Shown one piece after another: positions 59,201-64,000 of a DNA stretch of 64,000 nt (within the stretch, counting starts at the first letter, position 1; each line of letters starts with the position of its first letter). A model generated the notes under the pieces. It did no database searches. It saw only the letters and a program-made list of their open reading frames with translations, and was not told the origin of the DNA. The DNA is from Eledone cirrhosa (lineage: Eukaryota). Where the stretch lies: the NCBI GenBank assembly GCA_964016885.1, contig OZ024740.1, forward strand, positions 221,464,001 through 221,528,000. Reading direction: 5' to 3'. Position numbers and translations under genes: made by a program.

Positions 59201-60679
59201 TAGTCAAGTAACAGTTGACGGGAGCCATCGTCAACAATAGATGGTGGTATTCTCTCAAGAAAGCAATTAGAGTAGAATCGATAGGGTTTAGCAGAGAGTT
59301 AGCCTTACAGAAAAACAAAATAGAAAAAGAACTAGTAACCAAGGTAGAGGAGGCACTTAGAAGTGGCAACGCGGCTAGAGTGTTAGCGTCGATAACGGCA
59401 CTAGACCAGTTCTTCGACGCGAAACACGAAGGCTGCGTGGTCAGAAGCAAAACACGTGCTCTAAGAAACGAAGGAGCGAAAGCTGTCAGTGGCGGAGGCG
59501 AAAGGTGGCAACAAGTCCACGATTCGGTCTTTGAAAGACCAAAACGGATGCGTGTTACTTGACCCCAAGCAAATGTGCGCGGCCTTTCAGAAGCACTTTG
59601 TGCGACTGTTTGAGCAGAACGACGGTGAGCCGAACGGGGCAATGGACTTTAGTGTATACCATACATCGACGGCCTGCCGCGTCTCTCGAACACGGACGCC
59701 GAGTTCTGCGAAATACCGATCACGGACACTGAGATACGGGACGCTCTGGGCCGCTGCGGGAATCGCAAGTCACCCAGTCTAGATAGTCTACTCTATGAGT
59801 TTTACATAGGCATGCCGGACTTGTTCTCTAGCGTCCTCGAAGCCGTCTACTGCAATTGGCAGCAGAACGGGAGAATTCCCAGTTCTGCAGGCAAGGGCGT
59901 AGTAATGCTGACCAGGAAAGACGAGAACAAGGGGGACGAAATTAACAACTTCAGTGAGGAGATCCATCTGCTGCCAACACCCTTCGAAAGGAGGGCTGGG
60001 GATGCCGTGGCTGATGATGCGTAAACACGCATTAAGGCTACGGCACTTTCAGGTATTCCTCACCGGTCAACCGGTGTGGGCCCCGTTTGTGAGGCGAGCC
60101 TTTCCCAGACTCGTCTCGCTCACCGAGCTGCAGTCCTGGGTCAAGCAAAGACCGAGAAACTGGGCGCCTGGCACACCGAGTGTGCTCAGGCGCTCACGGC
60201 TCTCTGGCAGGCGGACTCAGCTATCGGTGGAGACTCCACCTCGTCATTCTATAGAGGGCTGGTGGTTAGTAGGTGCGACGACGCCCTCGGACAAGCCCTA
60301 GGCATGGAGGAAGACGAACTGGCCAGCCTATTTGGGAGGACATTTGGCCCGGTACCTATGGACAACTTCCAGAAGTCCCTGGCCTGGTAGTGCTACCGAG
60401 GGGCGCTTCCCGTTCGAGAAAAGCTCTACAGACTCTCTCTTTATCAGCCTGTAGGTGGAAAGGTGGAAGTGCAAAGGAGCACCCCTTCTCTGTGCTCCTA
60501 AGGAAAAGGGTTGCACACTTTTTCGGGGGTGTGTGTAACCCCCAAAACGCCTCCTCCCTATTGACGACTCTATTGTTAATTTTATATTTGTTATTTGTTT
60601 TTTACTCGTTCCTTTATGTAAACTCCCCCCTTGTATTTGTTCCCTTCTTTTGTGCCCTCGTGGAAAATAAATAGAAACT
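56300..60679 (+). mobile_element. L1/Tx1-clade LINE with ORF1 (RRM-like region, CCHC knuckle, Thr/Gln-rich linker) and internally deleted ORF2; (TATC)n tail
   Basis: ORF1 56551-58361 frameshifted (CFRCGSIAHLKASC near 57460); ORF2 from 58403; RT core deleted at about 59955; AATAAA then (TATC)n at 60680-60846. Confidence 0.9.
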
Positions 60680-60695
60680 TATCTATCTATCTATC

Positions 60696-60726
<31 letters not shown>

Positions 60727-60733
60727 CCATCTC

Positions 60734-60802
<69 letters not shown>

Positions 60803-60803
60803 A

Positions 60804-60847
<44 letters not shown>

Positions 60848-61328
60848 GAAGGAGAGGGGATTTTCCTTTGTGTGATAGCTATGGCGAAAGAGGTTGTATG
60901 GTGGACGAGGTTAAAAGGGCTGAGGTCAGACACCTTTCTCTCCGGCCAACAACTGATTCTTTATTTCAAATACCACCTTGGAAGAAGAATCAGGATGGAG
61001 AGAGAGGTGCTGTACCCCACCAAGTTTTATGAAATGTGGGTGAAAGTGGCGAGAATGGCCCGAGTGAATGGGCCTTCTCTCTATATCAGCCTGTAGGTTG
61101 ATGAAAAAGAGGAAAGGGGTACTCACTCTTCGTACTTCTAGAGATGAGGGTTGCACATTTTTTTCGGGGGTATGAGTTACCCATATGTAATGTCTCCCCC
61201 GATTGGGCAAAATCGATTAATTTTTAAATTGCATTTGTGATAACATTTTACACGTTTTTATTGTATGTAAACTTCCCCGTTTGTATTTGTCCCCTTCTTT
61301 TGTGCCCCTGTGGCTAATAAAGAAACAT
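60848..61328 (+). mobile_element. L1/Tx1 3' fragment inside (TATC)n
   Basis: AMAKEVVWWTRLKGL..WVKVARMA; 3'UTR like 60590-60679; (TATC)n on both sides. Confidence 0.88.
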
Positions 61329-61709
61329 ATCTATCTATCTATTTATCTATCTATCAATCTATCTATCTATGAATCTGTCTATCTATACACACGTATGTAC
61401 ATAGTTATACACACACGCAGGCATACACACGTATGTCGTATATGCTGGTATGTGTATAACGTTCTAGAAGCTAAACAAAATGGCGCCTGTGAGCAGCAAG
61501 CTAGTTTTACATGTGAACCAGCTGTCAATCATGATTTACTCATCTACCCATACAGAAATTATATTAAAGAAACTATACTACTGAAAGTTAATGAATTAAA
61601 AGTAACCACTTTGCACTAAATCAATAAAAGAAATTAATCTACGATGCCGTTTTAAATTTTCTAAATTAACCATTTTAAAACATTTTTTAACTTATAAAAT
61701 TGTGTATAG

Positions 61710-62215
<506 letters not shown>

Positions 62216-62814
62216 ATGAAAATTCACGTCGATTTAACCATGGTATGGATTTTTTAACTCTTTGATACTCTCATCAGTTATATTTCCTATTTTTGTTTAT
62301 TTAAAATCACTCTTAATGTAATCTTCTTTTAGGAGAATGGTTATCTGTAAGCAGCTGCATGTTTTCTGTTTTAGTATAAATAGAATATAGACCATACCAC
62401 ACACCCTCCGCACAAATGTAACAGCTTTGTATTTCTCTTCCCAGCAACTCCACACACACACATCCTCCATACAAATGTAACAACTTTGTACTTCTGTTAA
62501 CATTCAAACATATTCATTTTTGCCGACAAGCTGTTGTTTTATATGTGTTAATTGTTTGATATTTTAATATTGATAACATATTCCAAATTTATTTCAACAT
62601 CACTTCAGCAGAAATACCTTTCGGGATTTTGTTAGACTTCTTTTATTTTTCATTATAAATATGATCACTTAAGAATTTAACATTGTTTTCAATTATCGTA
62701 GTAGTTGCCTCTAAGGATTGTTTAATACAAATGTTGTTCTTGTTAAAGAGTAAATGTTTACGAGAGATCTTTTCATACATAACATTTTATTATTTTTGTT
62801 TATACGTTTTAACC

Positions 62815-63370
62815 TTTTACCTCTCTTGCAGATAGGAAGACAGGAACAGGAATAATTTTCTTATTCGATGGAAGTAAATCCTTAATCGGGGACGCGATGT
62901 GTTGCGACTTGTTCTCCGCCTCCAACCTTGTTGCTTCGGCTGCAAATCCGGGCACCGCCGCTCTCAACGCAGAGGAGAGGAAGATAAGTAAATACAGGGA
63001 CTTGACCGACCTCTTTTTTTTCGTACCGGTCACCGTCGAGTCATCAGATGTCGTCGGTCCTCGCAATGCTGATTTCCTTCGTAAAATCGGAAAGACAGTA
63101 GCGCACCTGTGGAAGGAACTCCGCAAGGTGGGATGGCTGTTGCAGCGGGTGTCGCAACAATAAATTTGCTATTTTGTCAAGGTCAAACTGAAACACCGTT
63201 CAGACTGGAGTGTGGAGTATGTCGCTTCCCCGCTTTCTTTCATCCCTTAATTCCCTTTTTCTTACTATTTTTCTTCTTTTCCTTTCTTTTTGTTTCTTTC
63301 TTTATTGCCATGTATATTGTACAGTTTTTATGAAATATTCTGTATTCTTTGTATTCTTAGAATAAAACTA
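62815..63370 (+). mobile_element. CRE-like non-LTR 3' fragment (RLE + 3'UTR)
   Basis: DLFSASNL..AANPGTAALNAEERKISKY.DL..FFFVPVTVES..GP...FLRKIG..WLLQRVS; pyrimidine-rich UTR and AATAAA at 63361. Confidence 0.75.
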
Positions 63371-64000
63371 ATTTGGATCAGGATTGAGGGGGTAATTGGG
63401 TGTGGGTATGACAACCAATATAGAAGTATGCTAGTAAATAAATGCATTAAGACATAAAAAAATGAACCAATTGTATTTAAATGACAGATAGGTAGTGTAA
63501 TAAATATCTATACACCATATGGTAAGTGTGATTAAGGTTCATTTCGAATGTTTATATGGGGTAAGAATGGGGCGAGGAAAATGATTTAGTTCTTTGAAAG
63601 TTATTTTGCACAGAGATTATTAGTCAAGGCTTCATGTAATGATTAGACTAAGATAGATAGTAGTGAGGTGTGGTATAAAGTATATAGGTCCTATTGATTA
63701 GATACTCCTGCAGGAATAGGGGAACATTGGTGTAGAGATAGAAGTATACAAATAAAATAACCAATAGGCATGTGATTCGAGAGTGTTGGTTAATGTAAGC
63801 TTAATCATTTGTGAAACATTTGAATACAGAATTGAGTGTAATGTGTGTCTGTAAATTATAGGAAATTTTCTGGCGAATGATTAAATAATAGCAACATTAT
63901 AATCACTACAGAATCAGTACTTTTCAAAACGAATTCGCTGGTTGAGTCGAATAATTTTGTAAAGTCACAATGATAACGAGAAAAATAAAATGGCTGATTC

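Overview
Repeat-saturated, AT-rich eukaryotic DNA with no supportable host gene. The SINE families and microsatellite load point to a cephalopod, probably Octopus (inference). Almost all of it is decayed retroelements sitting in simple repeats. These include two R4/Dong-like RT+RLE LINEs and an RTE LINE with six non-autonomous derivatives nested in (TATG)n; four L1/Tx1-like LINE copies ending in (ATT)n or (TATC)n; a Penelope-like RT+GIY-YIG element ending in (TA)n; CRE-like fragments; about 25 tRNA-derived SINE copies; and several MITEs. Most notable are several unrelated short non-coding foldback elements in (TA)n that carry hammerhead ribozyme (HHR) motifs, two of them with an HHR in each inverted arm. 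Also notable: a covarying structured 5' RNA in the RTE derivatives, a 3' motif shared by the SINE, Tx1 and R4 elements, and a splice-donor consensus overlapping the Tx1 ORF1 stop. Most ORFs in the supplied track are microsatellite translation artefacts. All calls come from manual reading, without database searches.
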